Positions 52,051 through 64,000 of a stretch of 64,000 nt of DNA are shown piece after piece. The DNA is from Octopus sinensis. Taxonomy: Eukaryota. The notes under the pieces were generated by a model. The model saw only the letters and a list, made by a program, of their open reading frames with translations. It ran no database searches and was not told the DNA's origin. The translations under genes were made by a program, and so were the position numbers. Position 1 is the first letter of the stretch. Every line of letters starts with the position of its first letter. The stretch spans positions 4,526,001 through 4,590,000 of the forward strand of contig NC_043016.1 in assembly GCF_006345805.1 (NCBI RefSeq), written 5' to 3'.

Positions 52051-52812
52051 CATCAACAGATAACTTGGGAATACTCTAGTTCTCCTTGAGAAAACCGAAG
52101 GGGCAGTACGCATGCCTAAAGATTGAAAATCTCCAGGAGTGGATAACTTTCCATTAGAGTTCCTAAAGCAAAGCTTATCGAGGGCCAAACGTTATCGAGG
52201 CACTAACAGTTACCTGTCATGGGATATGGGAGTCAAAGCAGCCGCCAAAGCAGTGGACCGAACTGACACCTATTTTCAAGAAAGGTAACTTAAGACTCTG
52301 CCAGAATTATAGAGCAATCAGCCTAATTAACTACCCCAGCGAAGTATTGCTATGAGTTCTGCTAAACAGACTTAAGGGGAAGGCAGAAGAAATCTTTGCA
52401 GAAGAACAGGCTGAATTTAGCCCAAAAGTAGAACTGTAGAACAGATATTTAACATCAGTTTGCTTACTGGGAAATATCTGCAGCACTAGTCTGACCTCTA
52501 TTACAGCTTCAACAGTTTCAAAAAGGCATTTGACCGTCTTTGGCACGATGATTAAGAATTACAACTTCAACAAATACTTCGACGAAGTAATCCAAGCATT
52601 GTATGAAATCGCAAACAGTTTTCTCCTCAACAATAACATCGCAGTTTTTTTCAGGACAACAGTGGATGTTAGACAAGGATGTCTCCTCTCTCCATTGATC
52701 TGCAACATCTTCCTGAAGAACATTATGCAGAAGACAATATCTACCCTTCTGTCTTCATTGGAGGATGGCTCATTTTCAACCTGCACTTTGCTGATGCTAT
52801 TGACCTGTTAGG
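50655..52812 (+). mobile_element. Decayed RTE-clade (BovB-like) LINE: APE endonuclease + RT, 3'-truncated
   Basis: GMWNVRTL, HEHGVGFIV, GSDHDLV (APE); NYRAISLI, EEQAEF, FKKAFDRLWH, VRQGCLLSPLICNIFL, LHFADAIDL (RT); (CAG)n expansion at about 51983-52040. Confidence 0.9.
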
Positions 52813-52817
52813 AAGAG

Positions 52818-53028
52818 TATTGGCTGCGCTTATCCCCTGACAATCTGGTTTGGGATCTAATGTCAGTTGCGTCAAATACTCACGCCGTCGCTTCTACACC
52901 TGGGTCAATCGTATTATCTTCTCTGTATTCTATAGCATTACATCATATGTTGCTGAATACTGCGACGCATGCATCAGTTTAAATAAGGGGGTGCCAATTC
53001 AAATACAGTGTTCTCTTTACACTCAAAC

Positions 53029-53063
<35 letters not shown>

Positions 53064-53122
53064 CAAACACAAACACACACAAACACACACACACGCACAC
53101 AAACACACACACACACATCACA

Positions 53123-53214
<92 letters not shown>

Positions 53215-53251
53215 TATTATTGACTTATATGTGTACGTGATTCTCTATATA
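52818..53251 (+). repeat. Copy 2 of the near-identical direct duplication (partner 46604-47531)
   Basis: See the partner; abuts the truncated RTE RT and lacks 47250-47460. Confidence 0.92.
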
Positions 53252-53736
53252 AAGAAGAATGGAGAATTATACATCTTCAAAACTTTTAATTTCAATATTT
53301 CAGTCGGACACGTTTTTCTGCTGCAGTAGTTTTTTAATGTCCGGTGATTTACTATTTATGTCCATCTGGTTGTTTTATTCGAAGTACATATTGACTCAAG
53401 TTAGACATTCTTACGAAGCTTTATTCAAGTTTGTACCCGTGTAGGTAGGTGACGTTCCATAGGAATGTCTACTCCGGAGGAATATGTTCCGTAAATGAAC
53501 CAACTAAATGCACATAAATGCTACATCAACGGATATCATGACACTCATGAAGAAGAAACACGTGTCGGATCAAAATATTGTAATAAACAAGTTTTCAACA
53601 TGTATATAAATCTCCATTCTTCTTCATGATGTCTTGTCTATACACACATACATACATACATACATACATACATACATACATACATACATACATACATACA
53701 TGTATGTGTGCATGGATGTATGTATATATATGTGAA

Positions 53737-54045
<309 letters not shown>

Positions 54046-55284
54046 GTATATGTGTGTGTGTGTGTATTCTTAGGTAGTGTTTACTAGGAAATATATGAGT
54101 CTTAAGTATTTTTGGTGATGGTGAAGATTGAAATGGCGATGACGGCAGTTTGTTTACACGTCTACCGCTCTCTCCTATGGCAGACTTTTGTTGATTTTAA
54201 AGGTTTTTTTAAAAATCGAGTCCAACCACAGAAAAAAATTAGGATAGCAATTATTAAACTGTGAAGGCTATTTTGGAGGCATGTTGTCTATTTGAATTGA
54301 CTCAATTTGAATTGACTCAATATCGAGAATTTTTTACCCACTTCACGAAAGATTTTCTTAGGCCTGTTGATAACCTCAGAATAGATTTTCGTTTAAATGT
54401 AAAGATAAAATCAAATAACTAACACACGTACAATAATTCGCAGATTTGCTTGTAATGGTGGTGTTGATTGTTATCCAGTAATGATTGTAAAAGTGAATTC
54501 TCACGCACTGACAAGAAGTTTTAGATGTAACCGTGTAACAGCTAACTTCGAGTGGGGCTTAATTAAGGGTTTCTTATAGGAGCACATATTTACAATTTAT
54601 TCATATACACATTTACATAGAGTCTCAAAATGTTAGTTAATGAAAAAACACATGCGATCTCACTCTCTCTCCCCTTTTCCCCTCCTCATTTTTATTTGTA
54701 TACACACGCACGTGCGCGCGCGCACACACACACAAATAAAAGAAAGAAAAAGGATGTAATCCGCGTACCAAACAGTTGTTGTTTTGACGTTAGTTTATGG
54801 CTTGGTTTTATAATTTTTCTGTCTTTCTGTCTTGTAAATCAGGGTTAGGGTGTCACAGAAATATCTAATGTCAAAGATATTTATCGCCAAAAGTTAGGCT
54901 GGAAAGATTATCGGTCCTATGTCTGGGTCTCCAATGACACCCGCTGAGTGTAATCAGTTTATTATATTTTTCTAACAACAACAATAACAACGACAACAAC
55001 CAAGCAACAACAACAAAATTTATTTGCCACAGGGGTGAAGGATAAGGGTGACAATACAGATACAGACATAAAGTGTGGGGGTTTACATATAATAATGAAA
55101 TGATAAAAAAAAATAATAATGAAATGATAAAAAAGAGACATATGCATAGCATACAAAGGTTTTAAAAAAATGTTGGGAGAATGAGAGAGATGTGACCCTC
55201 CTGACACAGGAACGCCTTTAGGGATAATCGAAAAACCTCACTGTCTGAGATTTCCCTGAAAACCTATGAGCAAGTGCCCTCTCC

Positions 55285-55985
55285 AATTCCTTCTCTCCGA
55301 TTCACAGGTCTGCACAAAGAGAGGTATCATTCATTCTTGCCATTTTTGTAACTTTTACCCACCTTTTAATAAACTCACTCGAGGACAGCACTTTCCTCTC
55401 CATTCGCAAATTCCTTTTCAAGTGAAACTTGAAGAAGTCAATGAGAGCTTCATCAAAGAGGAACGTATCTGTCCTCATGCATTTCAGCTTTGTCCACCAA
55501 ACAACCTCTTTCGCCACAACCACCAGGCAAAGGAAAACTGCTTTGCTTGCCTGATTAAAGAAGGGCGGTGGGGCGATCATCACTACAAACTTGGCCTACA
55601 AACAAATCCGTCTCACATGTGACAGTATCTGTGCAACATAAATAACCCAATAAGTCAGCAATGCCCGGACACTGAACGAGGGCGTGCAGAACGGTTTCGT
55701 CACTCTGCGCACACCTCGAACAAGTCCGTCTGACAGCGCATCTGTGTCTGTAGAGCTTGTCTCGAACCAGTAGCGCTCCCACCACACTCACCCGGTAGCA
55801 CTGCCAGACTGAGGACATCTGGAAATTATCCATGATATTTCCCCGATCGGAAAATCCTCCGGAACAGACTGTCCAGTTCATTTTCGTCGTTGCCCAGAGT
55901 CTCCCCGAGAACGTCATCGCACTTCCCACCACTAATCCGCTATAAATTTCTAAAGTGGAACATACACTGATTCCATTGCCCGACT
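55285..55985 (-). mobile_element. L1/Tx1-clade LINE 3' fragment (zf-RVT/CCHC region)
   Basis: CSRCAQSDETVLHALVQC; AKEVVWW...FFKFHLKRNLRMERK; homologous to 12060-12400. Confidence 0.8.
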
Positions 55986-56094
55986 GGGAGAGGGTTGTAA
56001 GCGCCTGACTGATAACAGACATAACTAACCTGTTATGTTTATATGAAAATAGCAATAATAATCCTTTCTACTATAGGCTCAAGGTCTGAAATTG

Positions 56095-56470
<376 letters not shown>

Positions 56471-56474
56471 AATG

Positions 56475-56945
56475 ACAACAACACCGGCAGAACGATCCTG
56501 GCTAATAAAGCAGACATAATTAAAAAAGAGAGTGAAGAAAATACTTGTCGAATGTTAGATGTAAATGTTGTCCCTAATAAAAATATGTCTATTAAAGGAA
56601 GTTGACAAATTAAGGATCTGGAAATTGAAATACAAAAGATGTGGCATCTTAAAGCAAGAACTGCTCTTGTTATTGTAGGTGACTTTGGTGTGTTTAAAAA
56701 AAATGTATGACAGAAACATCTAGACGACATTCCAAGAAAACCGTGTCTCAGGGAAACTCAAAAGATTGTGCTGGCCCACGTCCTTAGAAAAACGCTATCA
56801 GTTTAAAAGTATGTGTATTAAATGAAGATATTTAGTTACTGCCCCTGCCACTTCGCTTTCCCAAGCTTTCAGTCATGCATGTTGTAACATCTCTTATTCT
56901 TCACTCGCCCTAAGACGCAGGGTATGTGTCAGCAAGTGATTGTAA
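56475..56945 (+). mobile_element. Decayed R4/Dong-clade RLE 3' end
   Basis: ILANKADII...CRMLDV...KDLEIEIQKMWHLKARTALVIVGDFG...AHVLRKTL; followed by (AAT)n. Confidence 0.7.
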
Positions 56946-57008
56946 CAACATTAAATAATAATAATAATAATAATATTAATAATAATAATAATAATAATAA
57001 TGATGATG

Positions 57009-57077
<69 letters not shown>

Positions 57078-57079
<2 letters not shown>

Positions 57080-57815
57080 GTGATTTAAAACCGGAGACGG
57101 ACGCCATAATCTGTGCTGCCCAAGAGCAAGCACTAAGAACAAACTACATAAAATACAGAGTAGACAACACATCAGAAAGTGATAAATGCAGAATCTGTGG
57201 ACGAAATGGTGAAACCGTATGGCATATTACCAGCCAGTGTACGCCACTAGCCCAGAAGGAATATAAGAGAGGCCACGACAATATAGCAAGGCTTGTCCAT
57301 TAGACACTTTGCAACAAGTATGGACTTGACAGATCGAAAAATTGGTACGACCACAAACCCGAAGGCATCATCGAAAATAATAATGCAACGATCCTGTGGG
57401 ATTTTATGATTCAGTGTGACCATGAGATGGAGAATAGGAAGCCAGACATAATCTTAATTGAGAAAGAAAACATACTGTACTGGATCATAGATATAGCATG
57501 CCCAGCTGACGAAAAGGTATGCGATGAAGAAGAAAGAAAAGTCGAGAGATATGACAGGTTAGCTTGGAAAGTTAAGCAGTTGTGGTCAATGAAAAAGGTG
57601 GTAGTAGTACCAATAATTGTCGGAGTCCTGGGAACAGTGAGCAAAAATCTTGAGAAGTACGTGGAACAAATAGGGATTGTAATAAGGGTGGATCACTTGC
57701 AGAAAACAGCACTGCTTGGAACCGCTCGAATACACCGGAAGGTGCTCGAAAAATAAGAGGTGTTACCTTAGTTCACTGGTAATGAACAGCTGACAATGTA
57801 GTACATCTTATTTTG
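57078..57815 (+). mobile_element. 5'-truncated R4/Dong-clade LINE (CCHC + RLE)
   Basis: AAQEQALRTNY...CRICGRNGETVWHITSQC...HDNIARLVH*...LWDFMIQCDHEMENRKPDIILIEK...PIIVGVLG...TARIHRKVLEK*; preceded by (AAT)n. Confidence 0.92.
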
Positions 57816-57838
57816 CGTAATTTAGACGACAATTTATT

Positions 57839-57910
<72 letters not shown>

Positions 57911-58567
57911 TAAAGGGTGAAATATAATTAATTTAATAACATCAATAAATTTCACCTAGTAGTATTTTGGTATGGAAAAAGACCTTATTCGGTAAAAATT
58001 ATATAATTATAATAATATGGGTTTTTTGCAACAAGTTGCTTAAACCACATACCGAAAATATTAGAAATAGCAGTCAAAGGGATACTATTTCTTTTACTAC
58101 AAAAATAAGTCTCTACTTATATATATACCAAGCATTTGTATAAAGTTCTAAATCTCACTCAGAAATGGTTTGGGAGGAAGCTATGCCTACATGGTAAGTA
58201 TGTATTGCATCATTTCTTGCTCCAAGAAATATCTGGCCAATCAGTTCAAAAGGCTAATATTATTAAAATAACAAAAATATTTTCCTGTTTTTCCAAAGTT
58301 CACATAAATGACAAGGGACAAAGAAACACGGTAGCAGAAACGACTGGTTTCAGAACATACATTGAATTTAGTAACTGTATGGAATAACTTAAGAAAATAT
58401 ATCTATATTTCAAAGCTGGCAAATAAAAGGTTTAGATATAGATATTATGAAACTAAATGTGACAGGGTTTAAAATAATTTCTGTAAAAAAAGTAATTTAA
58501 ATAAATTTTGAGATTGAATTCTCTCTTCCAAATAAGACAAAGTTTTCTCAACCATCTTCATTTTTAC

Positions 58568-58638
58568 CACAGTTTGCTGATGTCTGTGATCACAGCTGTT
58601 CCTGCCATGACCATCACGTCTTTCTTCAAGCGGTATGT
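58568..58638 (-). CDS. Candidate coding exon (71 nt, phase 0 to 2) of an unrecognised gene
   Basis: Acceptor tataatcccag|AC, donor TG|gtaaaa; reads TYRLKKDVMVMAGTAVITDISKL(W/C); phase fits the 59097-59319 exon. Confidence 0.4.
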
Positions 58639-59096
58639 CTGGGATTATATCACCCAGTTTAGATGATAAAGTGCAATTTGAGTGGTGATTAGTTGATATC
58701 TCAAGCATGTCACATGTCCATGGGTTGTTGTTTAGCCTCAGTTCAGTTTTGAACCAGAAGATCTATGATTAAAATTGCCCTTGTAATTTTAGCAGCTGTG
58801 AATAGAAAACCTCTCTAGCTCGTCTTAATTATCATAATTATCAAAAATAGGGAACGGATATTTATTTATCTGATATTGGGAAATTTATTTCTCTATTTCT
58901 ATGTTACCTTCATCAAGAGAAAAAAAAAACATATATGAAAATTTTGGTACACTCGGTAACAATTCAGCCTAAATATTTTAACATTTGAAAATATTCCAGG
59001 AATTGCCACTGCTTTTCATCACATCGCTATCCATGAATGAGATAATTGTTTTCTACTGCACTCAAGTCGTCCTTAGTCAAGTTATAAACTCTTTAC

Positions 59097-59319
59097 AGTT
59101 TTTCTGTCATCGCCGAGATGGGAGGAAGGAATAATGTCCATGACCTTCATATGCACCCCTAGATTGCTGTGAGTGATACGCTTTATGCTCGGCTTCAACA
59201 TCTGTAAGTCAATATCTATAGTAAAAACATGGGCTGGGATTGAGGAGGAAAAGCTGTGGAAAGTGGTTACTATGGAGTCAGAGACTAAGGCTAACGAGAG
59301 ATAAGTATTTTGTATAGGT
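59097..59319 (-). CDS. Candidate coding exon (223 nt, phase 2 to 0) of an unrecognised gene
   Basis: Acceptor tcatctctcctccag|A, donor ACT|gtaaag; fully open (inside ORF 59082-59339): PIQNTYLSLALVSDSIVTTFHSFSSSIPAHVFTIDIDLQMLKPSIKRITHSNLGVHMKVMDIIPSSHLGDDRKT; GC-richer than its flanks. Confidence 0.5.
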
Positions 59320-59974
59320 CTGGAGGAGAGATGATACACAGCATCGTCACCCTTAGTAGTAATCTATTTTGGTTTTGGATTTTTGTACAGATTCGGTAAC
59401 TGATCGAAGGCAAAAGTAAATCTAGTTTCGGGTATTCAGACATAGCTATATCCTGTAAATGGCCAGGAAAAAGTTTTAGAGGCCTAGAATTTGTATTGAC
59501 TTTGAGAAATTACCTAATATCACCGCTTAAGACTAATGCAATTCAGAATATGATGAAAAATAGAATATATAGAAATGGCTTACCACTAGTTCCTTTTAGT
59601 CTTTGGGGATTTAAGCACTAAAAGCTAACATAACTTATAATTATATTGATCGTAAGGACGGTAGGATGCCGTGTGATATTTAGTTTAGTGTTTTACCTTC
59701 TAAATTTAATTGTGATATTTAGTTTAGTCATTTTTTCCTTCTACGTATAATTGCTGATAGGTTCGACTTCGCTTTTAATTTCCCACATTTAATAAAGTAC
59801 TACTCAAACAAAGACGACGATCTAATCGACTTTTAGGATTCTCAAATGTCATTAACTTTGCGATTGTATTTGTGAGCTATGTTAGTGAATGTTGCCGAAC
59901 TGATAGCTTTTATGTACAGTTTTGTGGAATGATCTATGAAAATATATTTGCCCAGGCAAGCAGTAAGATATATT

Positions 59975-60202
59975 TCTTAATTACCCACAAGGGGTTAAAC
60001 ATAGAGGGGACAAACAAGGACAGACAAACGGATTAAGTCGATTATATCGACACCAGTGCGTAACTGGTACTTAATTTATCGACCCCGAAAGGATGAAAGG
60101 CATAGTCGACCTCGGCGGAATTTGAACTCAGAACGTAACGGCAGACGAAATATCGCTAAGCATTTCGCCCGGTGTGCTAACGTTTCTGCCAGCTCGCCGC
60201 CT
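59975..60202 (-). mobile_element. Full-length Deu/Nin-like SINE
   Basis: Reverse complement GGCGGCGAGCTGGCAGAAACGTTAGC...GAGTTCAAATTCCGCCGAGGTCGAC...; AGTAAGATA on both sides (59962-59970, 60204-60212) is a possible TSD. Confidence 0.93.
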
Positions 60203-60523
60203 AAGTAAGATAGCAGGCAGTAAGATAGTTAACAAATTAGACCATCATGTTCAATCAAAAGAAATTAATTAGTTCCATATGTAATTATTAATTTTTTTTC
60301 CCAATTTATTTTGTGGCGTGACACTCTTTGGCGAAAATGATCACGAACGAAATTACATCCAGTAACTACATTAGTATTAATCTATTTAATACAGGAAACA
60401 TTAATAAGTTAACTAGAATAAAAAAAGTAACATTGACATATATATAGTTTTCATTTCTTTCATTTCCAGCTTTCACTTTGTTTTCCCTGTTCCCAACATT
60501 TGAATAAGCTAGCAAAAACTTAC

Positions 60524-60590
60524 CTTATGTTTCTCATGCGGATGACATTTCTGAAATATTCAGCAATGATTGTTAATTCTTTCACGAAGT
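60524..60590 (-). CDS. Candidate coding exon (67 nt, phase 1 to 2) of an unrecognised gene
   Basis: Acceptor tattctgctggcag|AC, consensus donor AAG|gtaagt; only one open frame, FVKELTIIAEYFRNVIRMRNI(R), whose end phase fits the 59097-59319 exon. Confidence 0.4.
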
Positions 60591-61574
60591 CTGCCAGCAG
60601 AATAATTACTCAATGCTATTTATTACTATAAATCGATTAATATGTCTTAGTTTTAGAAATTTTATTTTGCTATTTTCCTCCATTTCTAATTTACACTTGC
60701 AGCTTTTATAATTTTCCATTCAAATGGAAACTCACGTCAGGTTATGAAGCACGAAACTTATCACAAGTAAAATGACCTTACTTAATCTTTATTGATAAAT
60801 TCTGCCATATCGCCCACTGCTTCTATTTTTACCGGCTTTGCCCAAAAATTACTAATGTTTAATGTCGGCAAAGATTTTGTGAAAACTGGAGAATCTAAAC
60901 ATGAATTGTTTTTAACATACTTATTCTAAGTGTAAATGATCTTCTATTTCACACTAGAATGAATCTAGATACATTAAATATAGAACTCGGATATGAACAA
61001 CTTTCATCGTAACTTCACTATTATAAGCCAACGAGAGAGGATCTATGTAGCCATTCGACCAAGAGCAAATGGCAACAAAATCTCTATGAAATCACATCTA
61101 TCTTAACAAACGCTTAAGTGTATGCGCACACCATCAATTCTGGTGTGTTTCTAAGTTCAGATATGTTTGAAAAACTGGTCCTTTCGTACACTGTAAGCTT
61201 ATTGACACCCTTCACATGCGATGTCCTTTTTTAGATCACACAAATTCTTGTTTCCATCTAATTTTCCCACACACACACGCATCGTCTATTCGTTACCTAC
61301 AGACCTTATGTCAAGCAACTACTTTCTATCTTGAGCAGACATCTTGAAAGTATCTTCATCGCAAAGTGATGTCTTCCAAGAATACAAAGACACTGTTTAC
61401 ATCAAATATAATTCTTTGTGGTCTTCAACAACATGTAATTAACCATCACATACTCACAATTTCTGATGACCAGAATATTGCTTTCATATGGTGGGGTCGT
61501 ATTTGCTGCTACTATATAGACACAAGCACCGCAAAATAGAAAAGACACAATATGCACGTATGTATGTGTGTGTA

Positions 61575-61620
<46 letters not shown>

Positions 61621-61679
61621 TGTGTGTGTGTGTGTGTATGTGTGTGTGTGTGTGTGTACACAACATGAACGCACAGTCA

Positions 61680-62900
61680 TTAGTCTGAGGCCATGCTGTT
61701 GTGACTCTAGAATAGGGCCGACTGCTTCTATTGCGGAAGAATCTGACATCATGTCAGTGACATCTTCCGCATGCGCCAACATGACCTTCCCTGGTCCCAG
61801 TTTGAAAGAGATGCGCTCATCCTACAACCATTCCAACTCCTGTAGCAGTGGTTAGAGAGATGACATGTACAAAATGGACGGGGATGATTTGTTCTGTCAG
61901 ACTGAACAACAGATGGAAAATGCTTCCTAGAGTTGTCCATGCCACTTGGCTTTACAGTAACCCCGATCTCTGTAAATAGAACTGAAACCGATTACCTTTT
62001 GGATGTCTTCCAAATGACGGTTGTCGATCTTATCAAAATGTTTCCGGATATCCACAAACCCAGCTTAATTAGCAACCTTCTCTGCACTGTTTCGCACGAA
62101 TTGAAGGTTGTCAGGAACGAACGTCTTCTTGATTACACGCGTTTGCGCTTTCTAGATCAAGCCCTTTCGCTAATACTTTGGTGAAAATCATAAGTTCCTT
62201 GCCCAGCAGAGTTGGGATCAACAGTTGTCTACAGCATTCTGTTTTTCGGCATGCTTTCTCGGTAAACTCAGTTTTTCACGGCTCACAACAGTAGGGCATT
62301 AGTCAATAGTTCGCTAAACAAATTCAAGTTCGTTTTATCAGCCTTTAACAGTACTACACGTCTTGTGACTAGAACTGTCTCCAGCTCACCTACCACCCCG
62401 AAAGTCGAGTTAACTGTTGAAAAACTGCACACATGCTCAGAGTCGAGTAGCTCACATCTGTTCTCGTCCTACAACTGCTGTTGACGACTGCTCCTGCTGG
62501 TCACTGCTTAACTAGTTTACTAAACCTTTCCCAGTAGTCTTTGCATGCCGATAAGGACAAGTACATCTAATATCTGGGTCTCTGTCTTCAGTCTTATCTA
62601 AATCAACCGGACAGATCATTATTTTCATCCACTGGTTTGTCAAGTATTCAAATTATCTAAAGACTTGATGTCTCGCTGTAGTTGGCACATTAGTGAAATT
62701 CAGTACGTCCTTGTGGGGCAGTTGGAAAATTCTGAGCAGGTTTTTGAGGATTTTGTATCTTTTGTATGAGCTAGCACCACGCAGTCCTTCCGTGCATCTA
62801 AACAATAGTGGAAATCCCCTACTAGTTGTAGAGTTGTAATGATCGAGATGTCTCCATAAGAACTTCCAAGCACCTGAACAAATTTGGCCATCTTATTTCT
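61680..62900 (-). mobile_element. Heavily deleted/decayed L1/Tx1-clade LINE (APE and RT remnants)
   Basis: GDFHYCLDARKD resembles GDFNCVLD..KD; PTLLGKELMIFTKVLAKGL resembles RPISLLN.DYKILAKVLA.RL; PDNLQFVR; KHFDKIDNRHL; AHAEDVT resembles YADDVT; collinear order. Confidence 0.75.
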
Positions 62901-63489
62901 GTCGGGGCATAGACAACCACTAATTTAAAAGCAACTCTTTCGATGCCACTCACGATCAGAGTCACTGACTGACCGTCCTTTCCAAAGAGATTGGCTATAC
63001 TTGAAATCTAAGGATTTCCAGAATATAACTGCCGGAGAATATCACATATAGTCTCTCTATCTAGCTAACTTCTGTTTATTTATCTATTTACTTTAAATTA
63101 CGCGGGAATGTAGTTTTTTTAAACTTCTTGTTACGTAGGTCACCTTATTTACAAGGTGTATATTCAAGATAGCTTTTGGAACATTTAGAGTAAGGACAAA
63201 ACAGTGGCTTCAAATTTTGACTTGATAAAGACATGTAATGCGTACGAAGGAGAAAAGTTGGGTAGAAAAGTTTCAAGGGGAAAGAACCCGCAAAAAAAAA
63301 AAAAATAAATAATCAGGCAAATACAAAATGTTTTGGAAGATAATCTCAGGATGATAAAAACTAAAAAAAAAAATAAAAAAACATGAAAGATACGGCAAAG
63401 GATGGCAACAAGAAGTGAAATATTGCGCTGGAGAAGAGAGACTCATGCAAATCTACATAATTATGGGGGGGGGGGGGAAGTAGACGTAG

Positions 63490-63760
63490 AAAAAGTGCTG
63501 CTGCTGATGATGATGATCAAAGAGAACATGAAGACAAGGAGGAATATGGCTACCATGATGATGATAACAACGATATATTGTGTGCATGTGTGAATGCTGA
63601 TGATGATGATGATGAAGAGGAGGAGGAGGGGAGGGGAGGAAGAGTAGGAAGATGGGAGGATGGTGGCGGCGATGATAATGATGCTGAAGATGCTGATGAT
63701 TATTGTGCTGATAATGATGATGATAACGACGACGACGATAATAATGATAAATTGCGCGCA
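63490..63760. repeat. GAT/GAG-rich low-complexity tract
   Basis: Seen directly. Confidence 0.85.
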
Positions 63761-64000
63761 TAGGTTTGCACGCGTGTATATGAAGTATCGTTTTTACATA
63801 CATACACACACACACAGAGGAAACAAAATGATAAAAAAAAACTCGAGTACAATTTATTGACTCACAGTAGAACTATTATTACTTAGTCATTAGAGTAAGT
63901 TGGTACACAGTTTGAAGAAGTTAGTACACACAATCACGTATACACATTCACAGATATACGTGTATGCATGTATGTATATATGTATGTATGTATATATCTA

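Noticed and set aside
54760-54950. Minus frame GVIGDPDIGPIIFPA*LLAINIFDIRYFCDTLTLIYK as a further exon of the candidate gene
   Set aside because: In-frame stops and no phase-compatible splice sites.
58573-58632. Plus-strand 60-nt exon candidate (cag|...|gtatgt) reading LLMSVITAVPAMTITSFFKR, vaguely polycystin-like
   Set aside because: No other polycystin-like exon was found, and it overlaps the minus-strand exon that fits a three-exon phase chain; kept only as an alternative.

Overview
Repeat-saturated, AT-rich eukaryotic (animal) genomic DNA with one 100-N gap (11650-11749). The SINE families, LINE clades and extreme microsatellite density look like a cephalopod (Octopus-type) genome; this is inferred from recall, not verified. 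No complete protein-coding gene, rRNA, bona fide tRNA or CRISPR array is supported, and almost all ORFs in the supplied track are microsatellite artefacts. The window holds about 15 tRNA-derived SINE copies of at least four kinds, decayed LINE fragments of the R4/Dong (RLE), RTE, CR1 and L1/Tx1 clades, a 416-bp TIR MITE plus rearranged pieces of it, a Helitron 3' end and a Penelope-like remnant with a minimal hammerhead-ribozyme motif. Most notable: (1) a 4.4-kb array of about 117 x 38-bp units amplified from inside an RTE LINE reading frame, with both LINE flanks preserved; (2) a locally amplified, unclassified module in at least 7 copies in both orientations over the first 14 kb, with evidence for an inversion whose breakpoints lie in MITEs; (3) a possible decayed ZNFX1-like helicase/Cys-rich pseudogene at about 26.9-30.6 kb; (4) three phase-compatible candidate exons of an unrecognised minus-strand gene at 58.6-60.6 kb.
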